From Atopobium sp. (lineage in GTDB: Bacteria; Actinomycetota; Coriobacteriia; Coriobacteriales; Atopobiaceae), in the NCBI GenBank assembly GCA_015258785.1, contig JABZHP010000001.1:6434-70433 (forward strand): DNA of 64,000 bases, given 5' to 3'. The first letter of the stretch is position 1. Each line of letters opens with the position of its first letter. Made by a program: the position numbers and the translations under genes. This document shows positions 27,707 through 38,808 of this stretch, one piece after another. The notes beneath the pieces are model-generated. The model was given only the letters and a program-made list of their open reading frames with translations. It was not told the origin of the DNA and did not search any database.

Positions 27707-29632
27707 GTGTCTATTATCGAAGTTCAATCTGTGTCATATAGCTATCCAGATAGCTCAGCACGCGCTCTGAATGAACTTTCTCTGAGCGTTCAGGAGGGTG
27801 ACTTTGTAGGTATTGTTGGCCCTTCTGGTGCAGGTAAGTCTACGCTTGCTCTTGCACTCTCTGGTGCCATTCCACATCACTTTAGAGGTAATTTCTTTGG
27901 CAAGATTCTTGTCTCTGGAATGGATACCTGTACGGTTGCCTTAACTGATATCTCTAAGATTGTGGGTTCTGTAACCCAGGATATCAACGCGCAGATGGTT
28001 GCTTCAATTGTTGAGGATGAACTTCTCTTTGGCCTTGAGAACTTTGCGGTTCCTCATGCAGAGATTCCAGAGCGCATTACCTATGCTCTGGAGACAGTTG
28101 GTATTGCCAACCTTCGCTTTAGAGAGATTGCTTCTCTTTCTGGTGGACAGAAGCAAAAGGTTGCTATAGCAGCACTTTTGGCGCTTCAGCCACAGGTTAT
28201 GGTGCTTGATGAGCCAACAGCAGCCTTAGATCCAACGTCGTCTGAGTTAATCTTCCAGACGCTTTCAGAGCTCAACAAAACCAAAGGTATTACGGTTGTG
28301 GTAATTGAGCAGAAAGTTGGTCTTCTCGCTAAGTATTGCTCAAAGATTGCCGTTATGGATAAGGGCTCCATTTGTGCATACGGTAGCGGTGAGGAAGTGT
28401 TCTCACAGGTAGATTTGCTGCAAGAGGTTGGTGTTGACGTTCCTCGTTGCGTGCGCGTTTCAAAGGGTGTCCACGAGCTCTCACATCAGGTGGAATATTC
28501 TCATCTACTCAGCGAGGCTGACCAGGCTGTCTGCGATGAAACTGCGCTATCAGTTCAGTTAGCCGCCAAGCAGCTTGCGTGCTGTGTAGGCGCTTTCCAG
28601 CATCGCAGCATTTCCCTTACAGAGGACTCTCAACCATTAGCTACTAATGACGTTGAATTAGCAGGGAAGACATATCTTCCAAAAATAGATGGCCCTGTGA
28701 TTGCTGAATCGAGCGGGCCTTTTGACAGAATTGGTGTTCTTCAAGACGCAGAGCAGTCATGCGTTCAATCTGTTCTTGACGTTATCGATGCCACCTTCAA
28801 ATATCAGGATAGTACTGATGGCGTTGAGCGCGTCTCTCTCAGTTTGCATCCTGGCGAGCTTGTGGCACTTGTGGGTCAAAACGGCGCAGGTAAAACCACT
28901 TTAACTAAGCTGGTTAATGGCCTGTTGCGTCCTCGATCGGGAGACATTCATATTAAGGGCTCTTCATGCAAGGATTGGAAGACGTCGCAGATTGCCCAGC
29001 ATGTCTCAACGCTGTTCCAAAATCCCGATTACCAGATTTGCAAAGAGAGTGTCCTTGAGGAGATTGCGTTTGGTCTTGAGCTCAAGGCTGTGTCTGCAGA
29101 AGATGCTCGCAAGAAAGCGCGTGAAGTAATTGATCGCATGGGGCTTGATGCGGACGCGTCGCCGTTTATGCTTTCTCGCGGTCAGCGTCAGATGGTAGCA
29201 CTTGCTTCTGTGGTTGCCTGCGAGCCAGATATTCTTGTGCTTGATGAGCCAACTTCGGGCCTGGATTACAAAGAGTGCATGCAGGTCATGAATATGGTCA
29301 AATCACTGTGCGAGAAGGGCTGTGCAGTTCTTATGGTCTGTCATGACATGGAGGTTGTGCTGGACTTTGCCACAAGAATTGTCGTTATGGCGCATGGCAG
29401 CGTGTTAGATGATGGGGAAGTTACACAGATCTTCTCGACAGATGAGGTTTTGAAGGAAGCATATGTTGAGGCTCCTCAGATGATTCAGCTGTCAAAGCTT
29501 GCTGGAGCGCACGTGGATTCATCATTTACTGGGCTTAGCAGTGCTTCAGAGGTGCTTGACGCATTGCAGCATCAGTTTGAGATTGCTCGTATTGCAGCCA
29601 CGCTTAATGGTAAGGAGGCTCCTCGTGGGTAG
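27707..29632 (+). CDS. ecfA: ECF transporter fused ATPase components (EcfA1-EcfA2 in a single polypeptide)
   Basis: Two ABC ATPase domains. Walker A GPSGAGKST and GQNGAGKTT, LSGGQ-type signatures and D-loops. Confidence 0.9.
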   Translation: MSIIEVQSVSYSYPDSSARALNELSLSVQEGDFVGIVGPSGAGKSTLALALSGAIPHHFRGNFFGKILVSGMDTCTVALTDISKIVGSVTQDINAQMVASIVEDELLFGLENFAVPHAEIPERITYALETVGIANLRFREIASLSGGQKQKVAIAALLALQPQVMVLDEPTAALDPTSSELIFQTLSELNKTKGITVVVIEQKVGLLAKYCSKIAVMDKGSICAYGSGEEVFSQVDLLQEVGVDVPRCVRVSKGVHELSHQVEYSHLLSEADQAVCDETALSVQLAAKQLACCVGAFQHRSISLTEDSQPLATNDVELAGKTYLPKIDGPVIAESSGPFDRIGVLQDAEQSCVQSVLDVIDATFKYQDSTDGVERVSLSLHPGELVALVGQNGAGKTTLTKLVNGLLRPRSGDIHIKGSSCKDWKTSQIAQHVSTLFQNPDYQICKESVLEEIAFGLELKAVSAEDARKKAREVIDRMGLDADASPFMLSRGQRQMVALASVVACEPDILVLDEPTSGLDYKECMQVMNMVKSLCEKGCAVLMVCHDMEVVLDFATRIVVMAHGSVLDDGEVTQIFSTDEVLKEAYVEAPQMIQLSKLAGAHVDSSFTGLSSASEVLDALQHQFEIARIAATLNGKEAPRG

Positions 29633-30374
29633 TGTTATTGATTACACCGAAGGAACAAGCTTCCTTCATAAGGCAAATCCTGTGGCCAAGCTTGTGTTTG
29701 CGCTTGAGCTCTTTGTGGCCGCCTTTGCCGCTCAAGGAACGCTTGAGGTGCTTGCAGTGCTCGCGCTCACTATTTGCGTGGGAGTTGTCTCACAGAATGC
29801 TCAGAAGACTTTTAAGCTGGTATTTGGCTTTGCTGTCTTAGGTCTTATCTTGTGTGTTGTACAGACGCTTGTTGCCCCTGCTGGTCAAACGTTCTTTTTA
29901 TTCATCACGGTAGGCGGTTTGGAGCGCGGCTTTAACGTTGCCCTAAAAACAATTGCGCTGGCACTGCCGCTGCTTTCTATGCTCTCGCTTATGCGCGTAG
30001 AAGACCTCATGAATGCGCTGGTAGAAGTGGCGCATGTCCCATACCCCTATGCATTTACCATTGCAACGGTTTTGCGCTTTGTGCCTGTCTTTGCTTCAGA
30101 GATGAACCATATCATGGAGGCTCAGATGGCTCGCGGTGTTGAGTTTGATACCAAAAATCCAATTAAGAAGCTCCAGCTCACCATGCCTTTGATTGTTCCT
30201 TTGCTGGTAAGTTCCGTTAAAAAAGCTGATGCTTCGGCACTTGCGGCTGAGCAGCGAGGATTCTATTTAAGGAACGCTTCATCTGCATTTAAACGCTATC
30301 CTTTGGCTCCATCAGACTTTGCTTTGATGATTTTTGGTGTTGCAGTAATTGTTGTTATCCTCGTGTTCTCATAA
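29625..30374 (+). CDS. ecfT: ECF transporter transmembrane (T) component
   Basis: GTG at 29625 after AAGGAGG, overlapping the ecfA stop. EcfT-like polytopic protein with an ARG-containing coupling helix (AQMARG). Confidence 0.8.
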   Translation: MGSVIDYTEGTSFLHKANPVAKLVFALELFVAAFAAQGTLEVLAVLALTICVGVVSQNAQKTFKLVFGFAVLGLILCVVQTLVAPAGQTFFLFITVGGLERGFNVALKTIALALPLLSMLSLMRVEDLMNALVEVAHVPYPYAFTIATVLRFVPVFASEMNHIMEAQMARGVEFDTKNPIKKLQLTMPLIVPLLVSSVKKADASALAAEQRGFYLRNASSAFKRYPLAPSDFALMIFGVAVIVVILVFS

Positions 30375-31892
<1,518 letters not shown>

Positions 31893-31895
31893 AGT

Positions 31896-32582
31896 ATGGC
31901 AGCCGATGTCTTAAATAACATGCACCCTGGCCTGCCTCGTTTGGGACAGGATAAAAACCGCACCTATCGTCTGGGAATCATGGGTGGAACCTTTGACCCC
32001 ATTCATAACGGTCACTTGGTAGCCGCTGAGCAGGCATATGATGACCTCGATCTTGATGTTGTTGTCTTTATGCCTGCTGGTCGCCCTGCGTTCAAACAAA
32101 ATAAGGGAGTTACCAGGGGAGAAGACCGTTACTCAATGACGCTTCTGGCAACCTCAGATAATCCTCATTTTGTTGCTTCTCGTTTTGAGGTGGATTATGA
32201 GGGCATCACTTACACCGCTGATACGCTCAGAAGATTGCGTAAGGTATATCCTTCTAACGTTGAATTTTTCTTTATTACTGGTGCAGATGCAATTGCTGAT
32301 ATTGTCGCCTGGAAAGATGCACAGACCGTAGCTGAGCTTGCTCACTTTGTTGCTGCAACGCGTCCTGGTTATGAGCTGAGTCGTGCTCAAAAGGTTATTG
32401 CTGACTCACCTTATGACTTCAAGGTAACCTATCTTGAGGTTCCCGCACTAGCAATCTCATCAAGCTATCTGCGTAGTAGAGTTCAAAATGGTCAGAGCCT
32501 CAGATACCTAACTCCCGATTCTGTAACAGGTTACATTCACAAGCATGGGCTTTATGGCGCCGACACAACGCCACTCAATTAA
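31896..32582 (+). CDS. nadD: Nicotinate-nucleotide adenylyltransferase
   Basis: GGTFDPIHNGH nucleotidyltransferase motif. Position after obg is conserved. Confidence 0.9.
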   Translation: MAADVLNNMHPGLPRLGQDKNRTYRLGIMGGTFDPIHNGHLVAAEQAYDDLDLDVVVFMPAGRPAFKQNKGVTRGEDRYSMTLLATSDNPHFVASRFEVDYEGITYTADTLRRLRKVYPSNVEFFFITGADAIADIVAWKDAQTVAELAHFVAATRPGYELSRAQKVIADSPYDFKVTYLEVPALAISSSYLRSRVQNGQSLRYLTPDSVTGYIHKHGLYGADTTPLN

Positions 32583-32686
32583 GTGGTCAAGCCAAAGCGA
32601 CCCGCTGCTCAGATTGACATACGCTCGTATTAGGGCAGTGTCAAACAGGTAGAGCTCAGATTTGATTCAAAACTTTGTAGGACATA

Positions 32687-33325
32687 ATGGAAAGAACACT
32701 TATAGCAAAAGATATTGTCTACACCGCAGAACAACAGGCGCTTATTGATCAGCTTGAGTCTGATTTGAAGAGTCATATGTATCACAAGAACTCTAAGCGT
32801 TTTGCGCATTCTATCTCTGTGGGACATTGTGCAGAAACGCTTGCGCAGGCTTATGGTGCAGATATGTTGAGCGCTCGCGTTGCAGGTATTTTGCATGATT
32901 GGGAGAAACTTCTTCCTGATGCAGAAACCATTGAACTGGCAGAGCGCTTTCGTATCCAGACAGAAGCTCCTTATCAGAAAATCGTAGGGCTCTTACACGG
33001 TCCTCTCGCCGCAAAAACGCTACCAGCCATCTATCCTTGGCTTTCTGAGCAGATTCTCAGCGCCATTCAGAAGCACACTACGGGTGACCGTCAGATGAGC
33101 AAGCTAGACAAAATCTTGTATGCAGCTGATCTTATTGAGCCTCTGCGTCCAAACTTTACATCGGTCGAAGAAGCAAGAAACGTATATTTACGTGGCGGTT
33201 CTCTCAATGAGCTTTATGAGACGGCGTTTTGTAGCGTTATGATGTATGTGATTTCATCAAGGAGTTATTTGTATCCAAACTCAATTGCCCTATACAATGA
33301 GATGATTGAGAAGACATCTAAGTAG
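32687..33325 (+). CDS. yqeK: HD-domain bis(5'-nucleosyl)-tetraphosphatase YqeK
   Basis: HSISVGHCAE...ILHDWEK HD motifs. Conserved nadD-yqeK-rsfS context. Confidence 0.8.
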   Translation: MERTLIAKDIVYTAEQQALIDQLESDLKSHMYHKNSKRFAHSISVGHCAETLAQAYGADMLSARVAGILHDWEKLLPDAETIELAERFRIQTEAPYQKIVGLLHGPLAAKTLPAIYPWLSEQILSAIQKHTTGDRQMSKLDKILYAADLIEPLRPNFTSVEEARNVYLRGGSLNELYETAFCSVMMYVISSRSYLYPNSIALYNEMIEKTSK

Positions 33326-33354
33326 CCTGGCTACATGAGAAAACGGAGAAATAC

Positions 33355-33831
33355 ATGGCTGTAACTTCACTTGAGCTTGCAAAGACTGCTGCAATTGCTG
33401 CAGATCAGAAGAAAGCTGAAGATATTCTTGTGCTTGACCTCACTGGTCTCAGTGACGTTTGCGATTATTTTGTTATCTGCACTGGTGGAAATGCTCGTTT
33501 AGCTGACGCTATTGTTGATGAGGTTCGCGAGAAGGTCACGGCAAACTGTGGCATTCGTCCAATTTCTACTGAGGGTCGTGACGGTCTTAATTGGATTCTT
33601 ATTGATTACGGTTCAGTTGTTGTTCACGTATTCCAGCCTGAGGTAAGGTCCTACTATCGTCTTGAGCGACTTTGGGCAGATGCTCCTCGTGTAGAGCTGG
33701 ATATTGAGGGCGCTATGACTTCTGAGATTCCTTATGCTGATCTTCCAGAGGATGCTTTGGCTCCAGCCTTTGAGCTTTCCGAGGATGACTTGGTAGACAA
33801 TCTTCCAGAATCTGCTGATCCTACTGAGTAG
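33355..33831 (+). CDS. rsfS: Ribosomal silencing factor RsfS (Iojap)
   Basis: DILVLDLTGLSDVCDYFVICTGGN...VHVF Iojap motifs, with an acidic C-terminal tail. Confidence 0.9.
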   Translation: MAVTSLELAKTAAIAADQKKAEDILVLDLTGLSDVCDYFVICTGGNARLADAIVDEVREKVTANCGIRPISTEGRDGLNWILIDYGSVVVHVFQPEVRSYYRLERLWADAPRVELDIEGAMTSEIPYADLPEDALAPAFELSEDDLVDNLPESADPTE

Positions 33832-33841
33832 TTTTGGTGTA

Positions 33842-35176
33842 CTAGATTTGTTCGTTTTTGCCTGTAGGCATAGTGTCTGAGACGCGATGCTCAAAGCGTA
33901 GGTCTCTACCGTACTGCACAGCATCAGCGCCAAATTTATCTTTGAGTTTATCGGTTACCTCGGAGAGATGACGTAAGTCACTCCGAGGTTTCTTTTTTGT
34001 TGTAGGCCCAGGGGCTGCAACGTCAAACGTAGCTTCATATTTGTCAAAAAGTGACTCTTGCACTGGTTTGGCATGCTCCTCATCTGTAAATGAGCTAATG
34101 CCAACGCCAAGCAGTCTTACTGGCTGACCTTCTTTCCAAATGGATGAAAGAAGACCAACGGCAATCTCTGCAAAGAGGTGCTCATCGTCAGTTGGAGTAG
34201 ACATTCTTTTTTGAGCGGTATGAGACTCTGTTGCAGAGGCTTTTACCTTAAGCGTTACGGTATAACCTTGTAACTGTTTGCGGCGAAGACGTCTGCCTAC
34301 AACACCAGAAATATGTCTGATGGCTTCTTCTATTTCTTGTTTATCAAACAAATCTGTTTCAAAGGTTCTCTCGTTAGAAACAGACTTAACGTCACGAGGC
34401 TGGGCAGCTTCATGAACTTCAGAGACTTCTTTTCCTTGCGCGCGCAAAATCATTTTTGAGGCAGTATTGCCTACAAGGGAAGTGAGATACGTTGCATCTG
34501 CTCTTGAGAGCTCTCCAAGCGTTTTGATTCCCTGTTGATGAAGTGTCTTTGCCATAGCAGGACCAATACCACTCATTGCTTCAATGGGCAGTGGCGCCAG
34601 AAAGCGACCTTCTGTACCAGGAAACACCGCAGTAAGACCGCGAGGCTTTTCTTGCTCAGAGGCAATCTTAGCAATTGTCTTGTTTGTTCCCAGACCAATG
34701 GAACAGGTAACACCTAGCGCAGCAACTTTCTTTTGTATGCGCTTACAGATCTCCAAAGGATTTTCTTTAGAGAATCTGCCTGGAGTGATGTCAAAAAATG
34801 CCTCATCAATAGAAACCTGCTCAACAAGGGGAGTCTCATCTTTGAGAAAACCCATAACAAGAGCACTCATTTCAGAGTATCTGTCATAACGTCCTGAAGT
34901 CCAAATTGCTTGCGGACAGAGCCTTACTGCAGTAGCTGAAGGCATGGCAGAATGAACGCCAAACTTCCTTGCTTCATAAGAGGCGGTTGAAACAACTCCT
35001 CGTTTTTGAGGAGAACCTCCTACAATTACTGGTTTTCCGCGCCACTCAGGATGATCAAGTTGTTCTACGGACGCAAAGAACGCATCAAGATCTAGAAGGC
35101 CGATGGCTTTACCATGCCACTCAAAATCACACGATTTACGTGCGTTTTTATCTGATATGTCCTTTGATGTTTCCAT
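33842..35176 (-). CDS. dinB: DNA polymerase IV (Y-family translesion polymerase)
   Basis: [13 protein letters not shown] and SIDEAFFD catalytic motifs. Likely start is the ATG at 35176 (METSKD...); the track's longer start at 35224 is also possible. Confidence 0.85.
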   Translation of the reverse strand: METSKDISDKNARKSCDFEWHGKAIGLLDLDAFFASVEQLDHPEWRGKPVIVGGSPQKRGVVSTASYEARKFGVHSAMPSATAVRLCPQAIWTSGRYDRYSEMSALVMGFLKDETPLVEQVSIDEAFFDITPGRFSKENPLEICKRIQKKVAALGVTCSIGLGTNKTIAKIASEQEKPRGLTAVFPGTEGRFLAPLPIEAMSGIGPAMAKTLHQQGIKTLGELSRADATYLTSLVGNTASKMILRAQGKEVSEVHEAAQPRDVKSVSNERTFETDLFDKQEIEEAIRHISGVVGRRLRRKQLQGYTVTLKVKASATESHTAQKRMSTPTDDEHLFAEIAVGLLSSIWKEGQPVRLLGVGISSFTDEEHAKPVQESLFDKYEATFDVAAPGPTTKKKPRSDLRHLSEVTDKLKDKFGADAVQYGRDLRFEHRVSDTMPTGKNEQI

Positions 35177-35204
35177 AGAAATAGTGTATACTTTTTGTAC
35201 AAAT

Positions 35205-35218
35205 AGAACAAGTGTTTC
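35205..35218. promoter_or_regulatory. Candidate LexA (SOS) box aGAACaagtGTTTc upstream of dinB
   Basis: GAAC-N4-GTTT is one mismatch from the GAAC-N4-GTTC core and sits about 30 nt upstream of the dinB start. dinB is a canonical SOS gene. Confidence 0.3.
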
Positions 35219-35363
35219 ATACATAAATTACGAGTACTTTTTGAAGAGAGCAAATTTATACTTTTCGAGGTTAATGCGTTGTTGTACACTTGTAACCCGA
35301 TTTGTGGCTTTGCGGTGCAGCCCATCTAACATCCGAGGCACCGCTCGTATGGAGGAGTTTTCA

Positions 35364-35732
35364 TTGGCAGTTAAGATTCGTCTGGCCCGTCACGGTGCCA
35401 AGAAGCGTCCGTACTATCGCGTAGTTGTCGCTGATGGTCGTATGCCTCGCGATGGTCGTTACATTGAAGAAGTCGGTCGTTATAACCCACTGACTAGCCC
35501 AAAGACGATTGATATCAACCTCGAGAAGGTTGATGAGTGGGTAGCAAAGGGCGCTCAGCCAACAAGCGCAGTTTCTCACCTCATTGAGATCGCTCGTACT
35601 GGTGCTCCAGTTGCAGAGAAGAAGACCAAGCTCTCCAAGAAGGCACAGGCAAAGGCTGCTGCAGCTGCAGAGGCTGCTGCTGAGGCTGCTGCCGCAGCTG
35701 CTGAGGAGTCCGAGGCTCCAGAGGCTGAGTAA
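35364..35732 (+). CDS. rpsP: 30S ribosomal protein S16 with Ala/Glu-rich C-terminal extension
   Basis: TTG start after a GGAGGAG RBS gives the canonical (M)[19 protein letters not shown]-terminus. An in-frame ATG at 35349 is the alternative. Confidence 0.9.
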   Translation: MAVKIRLARHGAKKRPYYRVVVADGRMPRDGRYIEEVGRYNPLTSPKTIDINLEKVDEWVAKGAQPTSAVSHLIEIARTGAPVAEKKTKLSKKAQAKAAAAAEAAAEAAAAAAEESEAPEAE

Positions 35733-35735
35733 ATC

Positions 35736-36038
35736 GTGTCTGAATTCACAGAGCCCACTGAGGTAGACGCTGTCGATCAAGACATTCAGGAGATGCCTTC
35801 TGACAAGGTAGCTGACCTTGTTGAGTACATCGTTTGTGGTCTTGTCGATAATGAAGATGCTGTTGCACTCGACGTCACCGATCGCGAGGATGGAGCCTTA
35901 ATTGAGGTTTCTTGCTCTGAGGAAGACGCTGGACGTGTCATCGGCCGCAAGGGTAGAACCATTAAGGCTATTCGTACTTTGGCTCGTGCTCTTGGCCAGC
36001 GTGTTGGCACCTCTGTTGATGTCGAGGTTGTAGGCTAA
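35736..36038 (+). CDS. KH-domain RNA-binding protein (YlqC/UPF0109 family)
   Basis: VIGRKGRTIKAIRTLARA KH motif. Conserved position between rpsP and rimM. Confidence 0.85.
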   Translation: MSEFTEPTEVDAVDQDIQEMPSDKVADLVEYIVCGLVDNEDAVALDVTDREDGALIEVSCSEEDAGRVIGRKGRTIKAIRTLARALGQRVGTSVDVEVVG

Positions 36039-36040
36039 TT

Positions 36041-36562
36041 TTGCGTAAACACTGGCGAGCAATTGCTCAAATTGTTAAAACGCATGGTAAAAGAGGGGAG
36101 GTTGTGACGGTTCCCGTTCACAGCCTTCCTTCTCTTATAGCTGATGGCATGACAGTTGTTCCTGTTCCGCCTGCGCTTAAGGGCCCTAGAGAGTTCTCAG
36201 TTGTCTCTGTTGAGTCAGATGATAGAGAAGGTAGTCTTGTCACTTTTGAAGATGTAACTACCATCTCTGATGCAGAAGAGCTTGTTGGTAAAACGCTTCT
36301 GGTAGAAGAAGATTGTCTTCCAGAAAACTTTGGTCTGGTAAATGTTTCTCTACTTGTGGGTAGAGAAGTACGTGATACAGAACATGGTTCTCTGGGTGAA
36401 ATTACAGAGGTTCTTGTTGGACCTACACAAAATGTGTGGGTCATTGAGGGGCCTTTTGGACAGGTGCTGATGCCTGCCGTGGATGAATTTATCAAAGAGG
36501 CTCCAGCCGAGGGCTCCATTACCGTCTCAATTCCTCAGGGCCTTCTTAGGTTAGGTGAGTAG
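36041..36562 (+). CDS. rimM: Ribosome maturation factor RimM
   Basis: IVKTHGKRGEVV N-domain and C-terminal PRC barrel. TTG start. Confidence 0.85.
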   Translation: MRKHWRAIAQIVKTHGKRGEVVTVPVHSLPSLIADGMTVVPVPPALKGPREFSVVSVESDDREGSLVTFEDVTTISDAEELVGKTLLVEEDCLPENFGLVNVSLLVGREVRDTEHGSLGEITEVLVGPTQNVWVIEGPFGQVLMPAVDEFIKEAPAEGSITVSIPQGLLRLGE

Positions 36563-37313
36563 CATGCGTCTAGAAACGCTCTCAGTATTTCCTGAGGTCT
36601 TCTCGCCCTATTTAAATGCTTCTATTATGGGCAGAGCCCAGAAGGCAAACATTTTTGAGTTCTATGCGCATGACTTGCGTGACTGGACGCATGATAGGCA
36701 TCGTACGGTAGATGATGCTCCTTTTGGTGGTGGACAAGGCATGCTTATGAAGCCTGCTCCCATTTTTGAGGCAGTTCGTGAGATTTCTGATCAAGCGGAA
36801 CCTAAGCCCCACGTGGTGTTTTTCTCGCCAGTTGGTAGGCCGTATTCTCAGGCTATTGCCCAAGAGTTTGCTCAAAAGGAGCGCATTCTGTTTGTTTGTG
36901 GTCGCTATGAGGGCATGGACGAGCGTGTCTATGAGCTGGCAGATGACGTTATTTCTCTGGGAGATTACGTGCTGACGGGCGGAGAGCTGCCTGCGCTTAC
37001 CGTGATTGACTCGGTTGTGCGCTTGCTTCCTGGTGCGCTTGGCGATGAGATGAGCTCGCAGGATGAGTCCTTCTCTGACGATGGTCTTCTTGAGTATGCT
37101 CAGTACACGCGACCAGCAAATTTTGAGGGGCGAGAAGTTCCGTCTGTGCTTCTATCTGGAGACCACGGAGCGGTTGCAATCTGGAGACGACAATCTGCAC
37201 TTGCTCGCACTCGTGCATGGCGTCCAGACCTTTTAGAGAGCGCTCAGCTCACAGAGAAGGACAGAGTGTATTTAGCAGAGCTTGATCAACAATCAGGTGA
37301 TAATGATGAGTAG
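36555..37313 (+). CDS. trmD: tRNA (guanine37-N1)-methyltransferase
   Basis: SPOUT knot motifs (CGRYEGMDERV, SLGDYVLTGGELPA). Confidence 0.95.
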   Translation: MSSMRLETLSVFPEVFSPYLNASIMGRAQKANIFEFYAHDLRDWTHDRHRTVDDAPFGGGQGMLMKPAPIFEAVREISDQAEPKPHVVFFSPVGRPYSQAIAQEFAQKERILFVCGRYEGMDERVYELADDVISLGDYVLTGGELPALTVIDSVVRLLPGALGDEMSSQDESFSDDGLLEYAQYTRPANFEGREVPSVLLSGDHGAVAIWRRQSALARTRAWRPDLLESAQLTEKDRVYLAELDQQSGDNDE

Positions 37314-37860
37314 TGGACATTCCAAAGTACTTGAAATTTTTGAATACCTGGTAATTGTTGCGGTTGCCGTTGCGTTGGCATTTTTTATCAGGACTTTTGT
37401 TGCTGAGGTGTATGAGGTTCCAACAGGGTCCATGCTCAATACCATCCAGCTGGGGGATCGTTTGGTAGGAGAGAAGCTTACCTATCGTTTTGGCGGTACT
37501 CCGCAAGCGGGTGATGTGGTTACTTTTACCAGTCCTCAGAATCCCGATACGCTTTTAGTTAAGCGCGTCATTGCTACAGCAGGTCAAACGGTAGATTTGC
37601 GCGACGGTGCTGTGTATGTTGACGGTCATCTTATGGACGAGCCTTACACTGAAGGCAAGCCAACCTATTCTCTTGCGGATCGCAACGGTGCCGTAATTCA
37701 GAATTATCCGTATACTGTTCCTGCAGGTCATATTTTTGTTATGGGGGATAACAGAACAAACTCGCTGGATTCCAGATATTTTGGAGCTGTTGCGGTTTCT
37801 ACCGTGACCTCTAAGGCAATGTTTATTTTCTGGCCCTTTGACCATGCTCGCGGGCTATAG
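37303..37860 (+). CDS. lepB: Signal peptidase I
   Basis: Catalytic Ser region PTGSM and GDNRTNSLDSRYFG box E. Start overlaps the trmD stop. Confidence 0.85.
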   Translation: MMSSGHSKVLEIFEYLVIVAVAVALAFFIRTFVAEVYEVPTGSMLNTIQLGDRLVGEKLTYRFGGTPQAGDVVTFTSPQNPDTLLVKRVIATAGQTVDLRDGAVYVDGHLMDEPYTEGKPTYSLADRNGAVIQNYPYTVPAGHIFVMGDNRTNSLDSRYFGAVAVSTVTSKAMFIFWPFDHARGL

Positions 37861-37893
37861 TACTTACGTCGGACATTTGAGAGAAAGAACATC

Positions 37894-38808
37894 ATGGGCG
37901 CAACACCACTTACGTTTCAAGATATGATTTTGACCCTTGAACACTATTGGGCAGAAAAGGGTTGCACGGTCATGCAGCCATATGATTCCGAGGTAGGTGC
38001 CGGTACCTTCCACACCGCAACTATCCTGCGCTCACTTGGCCCCGATGCCTGGCGTACCTGCTATCCACAGCCTTGCCGTCGTCCAGCTGATGGACGCTAT
38101 GGTGAGAACCCCAACCGCCTGCAGCATTACTATCAATTCCAGGTTTTGATTAAGCCATCTCCTGCAGACTCTCAAGACCTTTATCTTGGCTCACTTGCCG
38201 CTATTGGCCTTGATCCAAAAGACCACGACGTTCGCTTTGTTGAGGACGATTGGGAGAGTCCAACGCTTGGTGCCTGGGGTCTTGGCTGGGAGGTCTGGCT
38301 CAACGGCATGGAGGTTACTCAGTTCACGTACTTCCAGCAGGTGGGCGGTATTGAGGTAGATCCAGTTCCTGTAGAGATTACCTATGGTCTTGAGCGTATT
38401 GCTATGTATGCTCAGGGTGTAGATTCCGTCTATGACCTGGTATGGAGTTACCTGCCAGATGGCACGCCAATGACGTATGGGCAGGTATTTTTGGAGAACG
38501 AGCGTGAGTTCTCAACTTATAACTTTGAGGTAGCCAACATTGAGCTTATGCGCGAGAAGTTCGACGAGTATGAGGCAGAGTGCCACAGCTGCCTTGAGCG
38601 CAAGCTTCCACTACCTGCATATGACTGCGTTATGAAGTGCAGCCATGCATTCAACCTACTTGACTCTCGTGGTGCTCTTTCTGCTGTTGAGAGAGCTAAC
38701 TATATTCTTCGCGTTCGCACCGTTGCTAAGGCATGCTGCGAATCGTATTTGGAGGAGGTTGCTTCTAAGAAAGCACCTGCAGCAACTACTCAGGAGGAGG
38801 TGGCTTAA
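37894..38808 (+). CDS. glyQ: Glycine--tRNA ligase alpha subunit
   Basis: Highly conserved GlyQ sequence ([17 protein letters not shown]...). Confidence 0.95.
   Translation: MGATPLTFQDMILTLEHYWAEKGCTVMQPYDSEVGAGTFHTATILRSLGPDAWRTCYPQPCRRPADGRYGENPNRLQHYYQFQVLIKPSPADSQDLYLGSLAAIGLDPKDHDVRFVEDDWESPTLGAWGLGWEVWLNGMEVTQFTYFQQVGGIEVDPVPVEITYGLERIAMYAQGVDSVYDLVWSYLPDGTPMTYGQVFLENEREFSTYNFEVANIELMREKFDEYEAECHSCLERKLPLPAYDCVMKCSHAFNLLDSRGALSAVERANYILRVRTVAKACCESYLEEVASKKAPAATTQEEVA

Noticed and set aside
29499-29624. Long ecfT start at 29499 overlapping ecfA by 134 nt
   Set aside because: No RBS, and the N-terminal extension is non-membrane junk. The GTG at 29625 has a perfect AAGGAGG RBS and gives a normal EcfT N-terminus.
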